From the NCBI GenBank assembly GCA_964595305.1, contig CAZQPW010000001.1:9722-73721 (forward strand): 64,000 nucleotides of DNA, written 5' to 3'. The stretch is from an uncultured Candidatus Saccharibacteria bacterium (GTDB lineage Bacteria > Patescibacteriota > Minisyncoccia > Phycocordibacterales > Phycocordibacteraceae). The notes beneath the pieces were generated by a model, which searched no databases, was not told the DNA's origin, and saw nothing but the letters and a program-made list of their open reading frames with translations. Shown here in pieces: positions 50,883 to 61,492 of this stretch (the first letter of the stretch is position 1; every line of letters starts with the position of its first letter). Both the position numbers and the translations under genes were made by a program.

Positions 50883-52129
50883 ATGGCCACAGTATCCAAG
50901 ACATAGTTCCACCAGCTCGCTCAAGACCAGTTAGACAAGCGCCTGTGGTCCCACCAAAACCTCCGATGATGCTTGGTGACACGAGCGAACCCGGCGATGC
51001 CAAGTGGAAATATTTTCTTGTTGCGGGCCTCGTGGCGATTATACTTGTAGGAACTGCAATTGCCATAATGAGTACAATATTTCACACCGCGACTGTGAAA
51101 GTTAACCTCCACGCATGGAAATTCGATGCAACTAACACATACGAAGCCAGCGATACGTTACCGCTCAGCTTTCAAATAGTTTCTGAAGACCAAACCGCGT
51201 CAAAGCAGGTTGCAGCCTCGGGCACGACCAAGGCCGAGGACAGAGCATTTGGCACTATAACAATCTCGAACACATACAGCACGAAGCCACAACGCTACAT
51301 CACTTCAACCAGATTCGAGTCACCAGACGGTAAAGTTTTCAGAATTCATGAGCCAGTTGTTGTTCCTGGCTACACAATGCGCGGCAGCACAAAAGTGGCG
51401 GGCACAGTTTCTGTAACTGTGTACGCAGACCAGCCCGGAGATACATATAATATCCAACCCACGACCTTTACGTTGCCAGGACTCAAAAAATCTCCACAAT
51501 ATTCAACTATCACCGCTCGCTCGACGCAGGCATTTGTGGGTGGGTACATAGGAACACGGGCAGTCGTAGATCCAGCAACTCGTGCGCAGGTAGTTTCTGA
51601 GTTGCGTGCAGATTTGGCGCGTCAAACTACTGATGCACTATCTAAAGCGGTCCCCGCAGGCTCAATTTTATTCCCAAACTCAATTACGTATACGTACACC
51701 GACCTGCCTGATGTATCCAACAACGAGTCTTCGGCAACTATTTCGGTCAAGGCAACTGCATCAGCTCCAGCGTATCCGGAGGAGCAGCTCTCCAGGGCGG
51801 TTGCAAATGTTGGCAGCGTACAATATGACGACCCGCTTACACTAGTAAACTGGAATGAGCTTGTGTATACAATGGCGACAGGATCTTCTTCACACGCATC
51901 ATCAACTAAGTTTAGCCTCTCAGGTGTAGCACAGGTTGTAGCAGATTTTGACCCAAACCAGTTCGCAAAAGCAGTCGCAAACAAGGGTAAGGCAGCGGTT
52001 GACCAGGAACGTTCAAAATTCCCAGCGATCACAGGCCCCATGAGCGTGCTTATTTATCCCTTTTGGATGTCCAGCCTGCCTAAGGAGAGGTCAATTAAGG
52101 TAGAGGCAACAGCAGTACTTGACCAGTAA
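50879..52129 (+). CDS. Single-pass membrane protein with large extracytoplasmic domain, hypothetical
   Basis: Pro-rich cytoplasmic N-terminus, one TM ('[20 protein letters not shown]'), Thr/Ser-rich beta-type ectodomain. 4-nt overlap with the preceding gene. Confidence 0.4.
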   Translation: MNGHSIQDIVPPARSRPVRQAPVVPPKPPMMLGDTSEPGDAKWKYFLVAGLVAIILVGTAIAIMSTIFHTATVKVNLHAWKFDATNTYEASDTLPLSFQIVSEDQTASKQVAASGTTKAEDRAFGTITISNTYSTKPQRYITSTRFESPDGKVFRIHEPVVVPGYTMRGSTKVAGTVSVTVYADQPGDTYNIQPTTFTLPGLKKSPQYSTITARSTQAFVGGYIGTRAVVDPATRAQVVSELRADLARQTTDALSKAVPAGSILFPNSITYTYTDLPDVSNNESSATISVKATASAPAYPEEQLSRAVANVGSVQYDDPLTLVNWNELVYTMATGSSSHASSTKFSLSGVAQVVADFDPNQFAKAVANKGKAAVDQERSKFPAITGPMSVLIYPFWMSSLPKERSIKVEATAVLDQ

Positions 52130-52157
52130 AGCACTGTCTGTTATTATAGAAAAACGC

Positions 52158-52367
52158 ATGAAAGAACCATTAGTTGAAGAACTTGGGGTAGTTACCGAGT
52201 CTTTACCTAATGCGCTTTTTCGTGTACAGTTAGAAGACGGCACCGAGGTACTTGCGTACCTTGCTGGCAAAATGAGGCTCCACAGGATTCGCGTCTTAGT
52301 TGGAGACAAAGTCTCGTTAGTCAAAGACCCGTACGGCGGCCGCGCCAGAATAGTGAGACGAATGTAG
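52158..52367 (+). CDS. infA: Translation initiation factor IF-1
   Basis: '[34 protein letters not shown]' S1-like fold. ORF opens at 52119; the Met at 52158 gives the canonical length. Confidence 0.85.
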   Translation: MKEPLVEELGVVTESLPNALFRVQLEDGTEVLAYLAGKMRLHRIRVLVGDKVSLVKDPYGGRARIVRRM

Positions 52368-52372
52368 TTTAA

Positions 52373-52489
52373 ATGAAAATTCTTGCATCTATAAAAGCAA
52401 CACAGCCAGGAGATATTCTCGTACGACGACGAGGCAAGATTTACCGTATTAATAAACTCAAACCGCGCCGTAAGGCTCGCCAAGGTTAA
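52373..52489 (+). CDS. rpmJ: 50S ribosomal protein L36, zinc-independent (C-) type
   Basis: 38 aa 'MKILASIKATQPGDILVRRRGKIYRINKLKPRRKARQG' matches the YkgO/RpmJ2-type L36 pattern. Position between infA and rpsM. Confidence 0.75.
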   Translation: MKILASIKATQPGDILVRRRGKIYRINKLKPRRKARQG

Positions 52490-52490
52490 T

Positions 52491-52871
52491 ATGCGTGTAG
52501 CCGGAATCATTCTTCCAGATCATAAGCAAATTGCGTTCGCGATGACCGCGGTTCATGGTATTGGTCGTGCTCGCGCACTACAAATCGCAGAAGAGGCTAA
52601 AGTCGACCCAGTTAAGAAGGCTAAAGATATTACCCAAGACGAAGAGGCGCGACTCAGAACTCTAATCGAAAAATTTACCATTGAAGGCGAACTTCGACGT
52701 GAAGTGGCTCGTAACATCAAAAGACTCAAAGATATCAAATCGTATCGCGGCTCACGCCACGCTAAAGGTCTTCCAACTCGAGGACAGCGCACAAAAACAA
52801 ACTCACGCACACTTCGTGGCAATAAACGTAACACGATGACGAGCGGTCGTCGTAAGCTAGAAAAGACCTAA
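52491..52871 (+). CDS. rpsM: 30S ribosomal protein S13
   Basis: 'RVAGIILPDHKQIAFAMTAVHGIGRARA'. Confidence 0.95.
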   Translation: MRVAGIILPDHKQIAFAMTAVHGIGRARALQIAEEAKVDPVKKAKDITQDEEARLRTLIEKFTIEGELRREVARNIKRLKDIKSYRGSRHAKGLPTRGQRTKTNSRTLRGNKRNTMTSGRRKLEKT

Positions 52872-52875
52872 ACCT

Positions 52876-53310
52876 ATGGGAAAAAAACGAGTTAACAAAA
52901 TGCAGGGAAGTGGAGTCGACTCAGGAAAACGTGAGCGCGCTCTTTCAAAGATCGCAAAGCGCAAGATTGACGCAGCGATACTCCATATTGAATCAACTTT
53001 CAACAATACAAAGCTCACACTTGCTGACACATCAGGTTCAGTAATTATGTGGAGCTCGGCAGGAGCGCTTGGCTTTACCGGTAACAGGAAGGCAACACCA
53101 TTTGCCGCTGCTAAGGTAGGCGAGGTGATAGGCGAAAAGGCAGTTACGGTAGGTGTTAAGGAAGCGAAAGTCTTTATTAAGGGTGTAGGTAGCGGTCGCG
53201 AGTCAGCTCTTAGATCATTTGCAGGTAAGGGCATACAGATTACTGGTATTCATGACGTAACCCCTGTTCCGCACAACGGCCCTAGACCACCTAAGCCACG
53301 AAGAGTCTAA
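52876..53310 (+). CDS. rpsK: 30S ribosomal protein S11
   Basis: 'NTKLTLADTSGSVIMWSSAGALGFTG'. Confidence 0.95.
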   Translation: MGKKRVNKMQGSGVDSGKRERALSKIAKRKIDAAILHIESTFNNTKLTLADTSGSVIMWSSAGALGFTGNRKATPFAAAKVGEVIGEKAVTVGVKEAKVFIKGVGSGRESALRSFAGKGIQITGIHDVTPVPHNGPRPPKPRRV

Positions 53311-53323
53311 TTTTTAAATTTAT

Positions 53324-53923
53324 ATGCTCATTGGTCCAAAATACAAAATTTGCAAACGTCTTGGCTCATCAGTTTTTGAGAAGTGCCAAACAAAGTCTTT
53401 TGCAATGAAGCAAGACTCAGCAAAAACGACTAAAAAACGTCCTGGCTCGGACTTTTCTCGTCAGCTCATCGAAAAGCAAAAAATGCGTATGATCTACTCG
53501 CTCACTGAAAAGCAGTTTGCGTCGTACGTACACGCGGCACTTAACTCAGGTGAAAATCCATCGCAGCACCTTTTTGCATCGCTTGAGTCTCGCCTCGATT
53601 CGGTCTGCTATCGCATGGGACTCGCGCCGTCAAGACGTGCAGCACGTCAACTTGCTACACACGGACACCTTACTGTTAATGGACGAAGAACAGATGTTCC
53701 TTCAACTCGTGTTGCAGTAGGAAGTGTAGTTGCAGTCCGCCCAGCGTCAAAACAGTCTACATATTTTGAGTCAGGAATGGAACGAATTAAAGAGCACAAT
53801 ACACCTGCGTGGATAACATTTGACCCGGAGAAACTCGAAGGAACACTCAGCCAGACTCCAGTGTGGGGCAAGGATGAGTCAACTGTCGACTACGGGGCAG
53901 TGTTCGAGTTCTATACCAGATAG
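53324..53923 (+). CDS. rpsD: 30S ribosomal protein S4
   Basis: 'KICKRLGSSVFEKCQ', S4 RNA-binding domain. Confidence 0.9.
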   Translation: MLIGPKYKICKRLGSSVFEKCQTKSFAMKQDSAKTTKKRPGSDFSRQLIEKQKMRMIYSLTEKQFASYVHAALNSGENPSQHLFASLESRLDSVCYRMGLAPSRRAARQLATHGHLTVNGRRTDVPSTRVAVGSVVAVRPASKQSTYFESGMERIKEHNTPAWITFDPEKLEGTLSQTPVWGKDESTVDYGAVFEFYTR

Positions 53924-53957
53924 TAATTATTAATTATTAAGAGTAAACGATTAAGTT

Positions 53958-54905
53958 ATGGACTACTCAATTATTCTCCCCTCAAAGCCTCGCATTGTTT
54001 CTGAAGACGGAAATTCAGGTACATACGAAATAGACGGTTTTTATCCTGGCTATGGCCACACTATTGGCAACAGCCTCCGCCGAATTATTCTATCGTCAAT
54101 CCCTGGTGCTGCGATCACTGCAGTCAAAATTGACGGCGTTCAACATGAATTTTCAACTATCGACGGAGTTAAGGAAGACGTCGTAGGCATAATTTTAAAC
54201 CTTAAGCGTGTGCGCATCCGCATCACCGACAACCAACCGCACACCCTAACGCTAACCGCAAAAGGAGTAAAAAACATTACAGCGGGAGACATAGTTGCTC
54301 CTGGTCAGGTTGAAATCCTAAACCCGCAGCAGCACATTATGACCCTTACCGACAAGTCGGCATCGATTGATCTTGAGCTGACTGTTGACACCGGTCTTGG
54401 ATATGTACCTAAGGAGGTGCTCCAGAAGGAACGTGCAGAGATCGGTGCTATTGTGCTTGACGCAATATTCACCCCTATTCGCCGTGCGATGTACGAAGTA
54501 GAAAACATGCGCGTCGGAGACAAGACCAACTTCAACCGTCTTCGCATTTCGATCGAAACCGACGGTACCCTTACTCCAAAAGAAGTGCTTGAGCGTTCGG
54601 TTATGATCATGCTCCAGCAGCTTAAGGCTATTGTTGGCTTCAAAGAAGAAACTCTTATTTCGGAAACTGATGTACCAGAATCGGCAAGTGTTTCTGACGA
54701 CACACTTAAGATGCGCGTGGAGGAACTTGAGCTCTCAACAAGAACAGCAAATGCGCTTTCAGCTGCTTCGATTCGAACACTAGGTGGACTAGTTCGCAAG
54801 TCGCCTGAAGATCTACTTTCAGTTGAAGGTATCGGTGAAAAGGCAGTCGATGAGATTAAGGATGCAATCCGACGCTTTGGGTTGACGTTAAAAAAGTCTG
54901 AATAA
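53958..54905 (+). CDS. rpoA: DNA-directed RNA polymerase subunit alpha
   Basis: N-terminal dimerisation/assembly domain. C-terminal domain 'ELSTRTANALSAASIRTLGGL'. Confidence 0.95.
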   Translation: MDYSIILPSKPRIVSEDGNSGTYEIDGFYPGYGHTIGNSLRRIILSSIPGAAITAVKIDGVQHEFSTIDGVKEDVVGIILNLKRVRIRITDNQPHTLTLTAKGVKNITAGDIVAPGQVEILNPQQHIMTLTDKSASIDLELTVDTGLGYVPKEVLQKERAEIGAIVLDAIFTPIRRAMYEVENMRVGDKTNFNRLRISIETDGTLTPKEVLERSVMIMLQQLKAIVGFKEETLISETDVPESASVSDDTLKMRVEELELSTRTANALSAASIRTLGGLVRKSPEDLLSVEGIGEKAVDEIKDAIRRFGLTLKKSE

Positions 54906-54913
54906 GTACCTGT

Positions 54914-55267
54914 ATGCGACATCACAATACAAACAGAAAATTCCGACGAGAGGCAACACAGCGTAAAGCGTTTTTGACGTCGCTTGCAGAAGCTATCATC
55001 CTAAAGGAAAAAATTCTCACTACGGAAGCGCGTGCTAAAGAAACTAAAAAAGTAGTTGAGCCTCTTGTAACTGCAGCTAAGAACCCATCCCTCGCAACTC
55101 GCCGTAAACTGATCGCAAAGCTTGGTAACCGTGACCGTGTGGCCAAGAAGCTAATCGACATCCTTGGTCCAAGATACAAGTCTCGTGCAGGCGGCTACCT
55201 TCGCGTCACAAAAGTATTTAAGAAGTCGTCCGACGCGCGAAAGCACGCACTACTAGAATTCGTCTAA
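54914..55267 (+). CDS. rplQ: 50S ribosomal protein L17
   Basis: 'MRHHNTNRKFRREATQRKA', operon position. Confidence 0.9.
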   Translation: MRHHNTNRKFRREATQRKAFLTSLAEAIILKEKILTTEARAKETKKVVEPLVTAAKNPSLATRRKLIAKLGNRDRVAKKLIDILGPRYKSRAGGYLRVTKVFKKSSDARKHALLEFV

Positions 55268-55268
55268 T

Positions 55269-55637
55269 ATGAAAACCACAAAACCAAAGCCTACAGAGTT
55301 CCATATCGACGCGGCAGGTAAAACGCTCGGAAGGGTCGCGTCTCAAGCTGCTACCTACCTTATGGGCAAAAACCGCGCAGACTTTGCTCGACACATAGTA
55401 CCAAATGTACGCGTCACCATTTCAAACGCAAATAAAATCTCGATCACAAGCAAAAAGCTTGCGTCGACCGTGTACAAAAGTTATTCTGGTTACCAGGGCG
55501 GACTTACAATAGAGTCGCTCGAGATGCTTAGAAAGCGACGTGGTATGAAGGAAGGAGTTAAGCGCGCGGTTCTCGGTATGATCCCTCGGACAAAAATTCG
55601 ACCAGAAATGATGAAGCACTTAACGGTAACAGACTAA
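55269..55637 (+). CDS. rplM: 50S ribosomal protein L13
   Basis: 'FHIDAAGKTLGRVASQAATYLMGK'. Confidence 0.9.
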   Translation: MKTTKPKPTEFHIDAAGKTLGRVASQAATYLMGKNRADFARHIVPNVRVTISNANKISITSKKLASTVYKSYSGYQGGLTIESLEMLRKRRGMKEGVKRAVLGMIPRTKIRPEMMKHLTVTD

Positions 55638-55639
55638 CT

Positions 55640-56032
55640 ATGGCAACCTCTAAATTTATTGAAGCAGTAGGACGCAGAAAAACATCATCAGCGCGTGTCC
55701 GTATCGTAAAAAATGCTAAGCCATCACTCATGGTTAATGGCAAAAGTGTTGAAGAATATTTCAGCACACCTGCACTTCAGATGCTTGCTCGAGCTCCACT
55801 TTCAGCTGTTGACGAAACGTTTGCTGTTACCGCTATCGTGCGAGGCGGTGGGATTGCAGGTCAAGCCGCAGCAGTACGCCATGGTATTGCACGCGCACTC
55901 GTGGTACACGATGGTGAGCGCCGCACCGAGCTCAAGAAGGCCGGACATCTTAAACGTGACCCACGTGCAAAGGAGCGCCGCAAGCCAGGACTCAAGAAGG
56001 CGCGCAAGTCTCCACAGTGGAGCAAACGTTAG
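55640..56032 (+). CDS. rpsI: 30S ribosomal protein S9
   Basis: 'GRRKTSSARVRI' and C-terminal 'PRAKERRKPGLKKARKSPQWSKR'. Confidence 0.95.
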   Translation: MATSKFIEAVGRRKTSSARVRIVKNAKPSLMVNGKSVEEYFSTPALQMLARAPLSAVDETFAVTAIVRGGGIAGQAAAVRHGIARALVVHDGERRTELKKAGHLKRDPRAKERRKPGLKKARKSPQWSKR

Positions 56033-56052
56033 CGTGTTGCTATACTTAATTT

Positions 56053-56580
56053 ATGAGCGATGACATAATCATTGATGATGAAGGTGATTTAGGTGAGGGC
56101 GAAAAGACTGCCGAAGCTAAGTTAAAAACTCTACGAGATAAGTTAAAGGCAGAGCAAGCAGAGTCTGCCGCCAACTTGGATGGGTGGCAACGCGCCAAAG
56201 CCGACTACGTAAACCTAAGCAAGCGTCTACGGGAACTTGAAAGTGATGTCAAAGTATCAGTGACTAGAAATGTCGTAGACTCTCTCTCACAGCTTGGCGA
56301 CTCACTCGAAGCGGCACTCTCGCATGCAGACCAGGCCCACAAAGTAGGCATCGATGCACTTATTAAGCAATTTGACACATCTCTTACAGCAATAGGCGCC
56401 TCACGTTTTGCGCCTACTGTTGGTGGAACCTTTGACCCGCTTACTCATGAGCCAGTCCAAACACTTGCAACAAGTGACCAGACATTAGATAATACTATTG
56501 CGCAAGTGGTACAAAGTGGCTATAAAGTTGGTGAGGACATAGTTCGCCCAGCAAGAGTCATGGTGTACCACCACCAATAA
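56053..56580 (+). CDS. grpE: Nucleotide exchange factor GrpE
   Basis: Coiled-coil N-terminus then the GrpE beta-domain ('[12 protein letters not shown]'). Immediately upstream of dnaK. Confidence 0.85.
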   Translation: MSDDIIIDDEGDLGEGEKTAEAKLKTLRDKLKAEQAESAANLDGWQRAKADYVNLSKRLRELESDVKVSVTRNVVDSLSQLGDSLEAALSHADQAHKVGIDALIKQFDTSLTAIGASRFAPTVGGTFDPLTHEPVQTLATSDQTLDNTIAQVVQSGYKVGEDIVRPARVMVYHHQ

Positions 56581-56603
56581 TTACAAAGCAAACAACCAAT
56601 ACT

Positions 56604-58469
56604 ATGGCAAAAATTTTGGGAATTGACCTTGGAACTACAAACTCCGCAGTCGCCGTCGTTGAAGGTGGCGAGCCTCGTATTATTGAAAATGCGGAAGGTA
56701 ATCGCACGACCCCATCAGTAGTAGCTCTTGCGAAAACTGGAGAGCGTCTTGTTGGACAAATTGCACGCAGGCAAGCAGTAACTAATCCTAAGAACACGAT
56801 ATACCAGATTAAGCGCTTTATCGGACACACTTTCGACGAGGAGGCGGTTCAAAAAGATAAGGCCGCGATCCCATTTGATATTCAGAAGTCTGCTAACGGT
56901 GGCATCGAAGTAAAAATGGGCGAACAGTGGTACCGCCCAGAAGAGATTTCTGCAATGATCCTGTCTAAACTAAAAGTTGACGCAGAAAAAAAGTTGGGCG
57001 AACAGATCACGCAGGCTGTTATCACTGTCCCTGCGTACTTTAATGACACTCAGCGCCAAGCGACAAAAGATGCCGGCAAGATAGCAGGACTCGAGGTGCT
57101 ACGTATCATCCCTGAGCCAACAGCTGCAGCGCTCGCTTACGGCTTTGATAAGAAAAAAGATCAAAAAATAGCAGTGTTCGACTTTGGTGGGGGTACGTTT
57201 GACATCTCCGTGCTCGAGGTGGGAGCAGACGTTATTGAAGTTAAGTCAGTAGACGGCGACTCTCACTTGGGAGGTAAAGACCTCGACCAAAAAATAATGC
57301 AGTGGATCGGGGATGAATATAAAAAGGAGTCTGGAATCGACGTGCTTACCGACCCCTTGGCAAAGCAACGTCTCGACGAAGCTGCTGAAAAGGCAAAGAT
57401 CGAGCTCTCAACTGCACAGGAAACTGAAGTTAACGTGCCCTTTATAACGTCAGACGCATCAGGGCCTAAACACTTGCTTCTAAAACTTACGCGAGCGAAA
57501 CTTGAAGAAATTGCACGAGACTTCATCGATCGCTCAATCTTGATTACACGCCGCGCAATGGAAGCTTCTCCATTTAAGGTTGGTGATATTGACGAGGTGG
57601 TACTTGTGGGAGGACAAACTCGAATGCCCGCAATCCAAAAAGCTGTTGAGGATTACTTTGGCAAGAAAGCTCATCTTGGAGTAAACCCTGACGAAGTTGT
57701 TGCTATGGGCGCAGCCATCCAGGGAGGAATTCTTGCTGGTGACGTTAAAGATATCTTGCTTCTAGATGTAATCCCCCTTTCACTTGGTATCGAAACTATG
57801 GGTGGCGTTAACACCAAGCTTATCGAGCGCAACACCACGATTCCAACTTCAAAGTCGCAAACATTTTCAACCGCTGCAGACAACCAAACCAGCGTTGAGG
57901 TGCACGTGGTGCAGGGTGAGCGAGCTATGGCAAACGACAATAAGTCGCTCGGGAGGTTCCATCTAGACGGAATTCCGCCGGCTCCACGAGGCATGCCACA
58001 GGTTGAGGTCACCTTTGATGTCGATACTAACGGTATTCTTAAGGTCACCGCTAAAGACAAAACGACCGGTAAGGAGCAGACCATCCGCATTGAAGCGCGC
58101 TCAGGTTTAAGCGAAGCTGAGATCGAAAAGATGAAGCAAGATGCGGCTGCCCACGAAGCAAGCGACAAAACTGCGCGCGAGCTGGCAGAAGCGCGCAACC
58201 TGAGCGACTCTATGATTTATACCGCTGAAAAATCACTCAAAGACGCCGAAGGTAAGATCGGTGACGATATAAAAACGCAGGTTACCACAGCTATCGATGC
58301 CTTAAAGAAAGTAAAAGACGGCGGCGACCTCACTGCGATAAAGTCTGCGAACGAGTCGCTGTCAGCAGCGATGCAAAAGATCGGTACCGCGATGCAGGGC
58401 CAGAACCAAGCACAACAGGGCACTCAGGAAAAAGGTCCGGACGAGCCAAGAGATGTAAACGCTTCATAA
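56604..58469 (+). CDS. dnaK: Molecular chaperone DnaK (Hsp70)
   Basis: '[12 protein letters not shown]', 'DLGGGTFD' and '[10 protein letters not shown]' Hsp70 signatures. Confidence 0.97.
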   Translation: MAKILGIDLGTTNSAVAVVEGGEPRIIENAEGNRTTPSVVALAKTGERLVGQIARRQAVTNPKNTIYQIKRFIGHTFDEEAVQKDKAAIPFDIQKSANGGIEVKMGEQWYRPEEISAMILSKLKVDAEKKLGEQITQAVITVPAYFNDTQRQATKDAGKIAGLEVLRIIPEPTAAALAYGFDKKKDQKIAVFDFGGGTFDISVLEVGADVIEVKSVDGDSHLGGKDLDQKIMQWIGDEYKKESGIDVLTDPLAKQRLDEAAEKAKIELSTAQETEVNVPFITSDASGPKHLLLKLTRAKLEEIARDFIDRSILITRRAMEASPFKVGDIDEVVLVGGQTRMPAIQKAVEDYFGKKAHLGVNPDEVVAMGAAIQGGILAGDVKDILLLDVIPLSLGIETMGGVNTKLIERNTTIPTSKSQTFSTAADNQTSVEVHVVQGERAMANDNKSLGRFHLDGIPPAPRGMPQVEVTFDVDTNGILKVTAKDKTTGKEQTIRIEARSGLSEAEIEKMKQDAAAHEASDKTARELAEARNLSDSMIYTAEKSLKDAEGKIGDDIKTQVTTAIDALKKVKDGGDLTAIKSANESLSAAMQKIGTAMQGQNQAQQGTQEKGPDEPRDVNAS

Positions 58470-58470
58470 C

Positions 58471-59538
58471 ATGGACTACTACGCTGTACTTGGTGTAGAC
58501 AAAAGCGCATCGCAAGATGATATCAAGAAGGCGTTTCGAACGCTTGCACACAAATATCACCCAGACAAAAAAGGTGGTGACGAAAAAAAGTTTAAAGAGG
58601 CAAGTGAGGCGTACGCGGTTTTAGGTGATGCAAAAAAACGGGCAGAATATGACCAGTATGGTCGTGTCTTTTCTGGTGCTGGCAGCAATGGAGGCGCGCA
58701 AGGGTTTGAGGGGTTTGATTTTTCTCAGTTCGGTGGATTTGGTGGCCAGGGCGGATTCGAGGTAAACATTGAAGACCTATTCGGAGGAATGTTTGGAGGT
58801 GGTAGGCAAAGTAGGCGCCGTGGACGCGACGTATCTATCGATATTGAACTTTCGTTCAAGGAATCAGTCTTTGGTGCTACACGCACTGTTGTGTTAACTA
58901 AAGACACCGCGTGCAACACCTGTGATGGTTCTGGAGCAGAGCCTGGGTCAAAGCTCGTTGAGTGCAAAACCTGCAATGGTAAAGGCCAAGTAGTCGAATC
59001 ACAGCGCTCACCATTTGGGACGTTCTCTGTTGCACGTACATGCGACACGTGTAAAGGTAAGAAAAAAATCCCAGAAAAGAAGTGTCATTCATGCAAAGGC
59101 GCGGGTGTAGAGCGGCGCGAAGTTGAGGTAACCATTGAAGTGCCCGCAGGAATTGAAGATGGCCAAGCAATTAGACTTTCCGGAGATGGGGAAGCTATGC
59201 AAGGTGCCGAAGCCGGAGATCTCTACGTAAAAGTACATGTCATACATGATAAGAAATTCCGCCGGGAAGGCTCCACCATTGTAAGCGACCTCTCTATTAA
59301 AGTTACTGACGCACTTCTTGGAGCAACATACACCATTGAGTCTGTCGATGGTCCGCTTAAAATAGACATCCCACCACTTAAAAAGGGCTCTGAACTCTTA
59401 CGTGTAAAAGGCAAGGGTGTGCCTACTTCGCCAGGAAAGCGCGGCGACTTTATCATCCATGTCTCTGTAGAGTTTCCAAATAAGCTATCGAAAGAATCGA
59501 CCGAGCTAATCAAAAAGCTGCAAAGCGAAGGACTCTAG
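58471..59538 (+). CDS. dnaJ: Molecular chaperone DnaJ
   Basis: J-domain 'HPD' ('KYHPDKK'). G/F region. Four CxxCxGxG zinc-finger repeats. Confidence 0.95.
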   Translation: MDYYAVLGVDKSASQDDIKKAFRTLAHKYHPDKKGGDEKKFKEASEAYAVLGDAKKRAEYDQYGRVFSGAGSNGGAQGFEGFDFSQFGGFGGQGGFEVNIEDLFGGMFGGGRQSRRRGRDVSIDIELSFKESVFGATRTVVLTKDTACNTCDGSGAEPGSKLVECKTCNGKGQVVESQRSPFGTFSVARTCDTCKGKKKIPEKKCHSCKGAGVERREVEVTIEVPAGIEDGQAIRLSGDGEAMQGAEAGDLYVKVHVIHDKKFRREGSTIVSDLSIKVTDALLGATYTIESVDGPLKIDIPPLKKGSELLRVKGKGVPTSPGKRGDFIIHVSVEFPNKLSKESTELIKKLQSEGL

Positions 59539-60042
59539 CTACTTGCTGAAAAAGAAGGTCGCAACTAATGGAGCGACAAGCCACGCAAAGTAATATGCAG
59601 GCGGCTGAAATATTTGAAGTGCTTCAGGACTAAAGGGATATATCGCTGCTATTGCAGGCGTATGTACCGCAAGCGCCATTGCAAGCCCAGCGACCGTAAC
59701 CGCATATATGCTCGTTTTGACCGTGCCCAGAACAGCAACAGGGCTGTAAAGACCAAGCTGTATGAACGCCATATATGAGCACAACACTACTATTCCGTAC
59801 AAGACAGGTGCGGCAAATGAACCCACGAGCACCTCTTGGAAAGGGAAGTTAACGTAAAGCACAGTGCCCGCATAAAGTGCTGCGGTGAGCGCAAGCAACT
59901 TATCTCTACCAAACATAAACGCTATAAATACAGTAAGGATCAAGAGGAGCAGGAACGCGGACATATCTGCAGCTGCACCGAGTGCGACGTCGCTCGCATA
60001 TGAAAACCATTCAACAGCCCCAGCTGGCATATACAACTGCAT
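59539..60042 (-). CDS. Integral membrane protein (4-5 TM), hypothetical
   Basis: 167-aa hydrophobic ORF convergent with dnaJ. Confidence 0.45.
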   Translation of the reverse strand: MQLYMPAGAVEWFSYASDVALGAAADMSAFLLLLILTVFIAFMFGRDKLLALTAALYAGTVLYVNFPFQEVLVGSFAAPVLYGIVVLCSYMAFIQLGLYSPVAVLGTVKTSIYAVTVAGLAMALAVHTPAIAAIYPFSPEALQIFQPPAYYFAWLVAPLVATFFFSK

Positions 60043-60093
60043 ATATATACTGTAACGTGCGGCTGCACTGTGTGGTCTCCTTTTCCACCTACT

Positions 60094-61321
60094 TTATTTT
60101 ATATATAATATTTCATCATCAGGTGCTTTCGCGCTTTGCCAGAAGAATGGGTATGGATTTGTGGGAACAAAATAGGTGCCGAGAGTATCAAATGAGTATT
60201 TACGTTGGCGAACGACAAGCAACTTTTTATCTTGAGAAAATATGCCAATATCGATGTTTGCACGGTGCGGGTGAGACAAAAAGTTTATGTAGTCACCATT
60301 GTAAAGCGTGGTAGTGCTTGTGCCGTCGAGGCGGACCACACGATTGTATGTATAGCCTTGTTCTTCACAACCGCCGACAGGAATAACCGGGATGCAAAAA
60401 CCGAACTTGAATTCGCGCACACTTTCGACATGTGGCTGCGTAACACCCTTTGGTCTCGTTTCTGGAAGCGGGTCAGACTTAAAGATCGGGGGGGGTGTAT
60501 TGTTTATTTGGTATTTGCCACACCCTTCAGATATTGCCCATATATCGGTGTCTTTGAGATGATATCTATTAAAATATTGACATGTTCTCTCGCGACTTAG
60601 ATCAAACAGTATATAATCTACAATCTCTCTCTCTCCCTCTCTCAACTAAGTTTCCGCTTAAATCGTACACTCTGCGTATTAGTGCTAACTTTGTGATTTT
60701 GTTGCCATTCCCTTCAATAGGGAGCACTTCAAGGAACCCGAATGTGGTTGTAGAGAAAGTGATGAATGATCCCTCATATGCATACCCGGTCATATGCTGG
60801 ATCGCTGAAAGTGTGTCGGCGGTCCCCCTTTCATACTTAATTGCATAGTCTGCAAGATTGAGAAGCGGGATGGACACCATTTTAGTTGTTGTCCCTCCCC
60901 CATACTTCCAGATTTCATATGTACCTGTAGTGGTCGAGACACGGTTCCAAATTACTGATCCATCAGCTAGTATGCCAGTCGATGCTTTTGTCCACCGCAA
61001 TACTTGCTCGCCAGAATAAACGCCCTCTCTAATTTTTTTATTTTCAGGCATTTCTATACCATGCTCCTTTGAGTTTGGTATGACGGTTTCCTTCATTGAG
61101 TTTCCTGCGCCATATTCAATGAGTACCAAGTCGCCTCTATCTACTATCACTTTCCTGCCATCTAGTGAAAGGGTATCAAAAAGTGGTTGGTGAAAAAACG
61201 TGAAATTAATTGCTGCCTGCATTAACCCGAAGAGTATTAATACCCACACAGGACTCGTGAGGCCGATGGCCCACCACTGCCAGGGTTTGAGTTTTTTCAG
61301 GATAGTATGCCACCTACTCAT
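60094..61321 (-). pseudogene. Surface/membrane-anchored protein gene interrupted by a frameshift inside a (TC)6CC(TC)3 tract (candidate phase-variable gene)
   Basis: Upstream ORF 60602-61321 (TM anchor + ectodomain) and downstream ORF 60094-60645 (no ATG; begins inside the repeat) overlap exactly at the pyrimidine tract 60624-60643. A +2 or -1 nt change would fuse them into a protein of about 400 aa. Confidence 0.5.
60624..60643. repeat. Dinucleotide tract 'TCTCTCTCTCTCCCTCTCTC' ((GA)n on the coding strand)
   Basis: Seen directly. Lies at the junction of the two overlapping minus-strand ORFs. Confidence 0.9.
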
Positions 61322-61454
61322 GCCTCCAGCATAGCACTTGCATGGAAATGGGCAACGTGGTAGCGTGAGTGTGTGAACCAGCTGCTACCCGCACATGGCT
61401 TCGCCACAAACTATCCTCCAAACTCGGAGGACATTGTGAAAGTTTTCATTATTC

Positions 61455-61490
61455 CCGCACAGTAGTGCGGGTTCTATTTATTTTAAATTT
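61455..61490 (+). terminator. Terminator-like hairpin + T-tract abutting the protease start codon (possible attenuator)
   Basis: 'CCCGCAC-AGTA-GTGCGGG' followed by 'TTCTATTTATTTTAAATTTTT', 2 nt before the ATG at 61493. 'CCCGCACA' also occurs at 61389. Confidence 0.35.
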
Positions 61491-61492
61491 TT

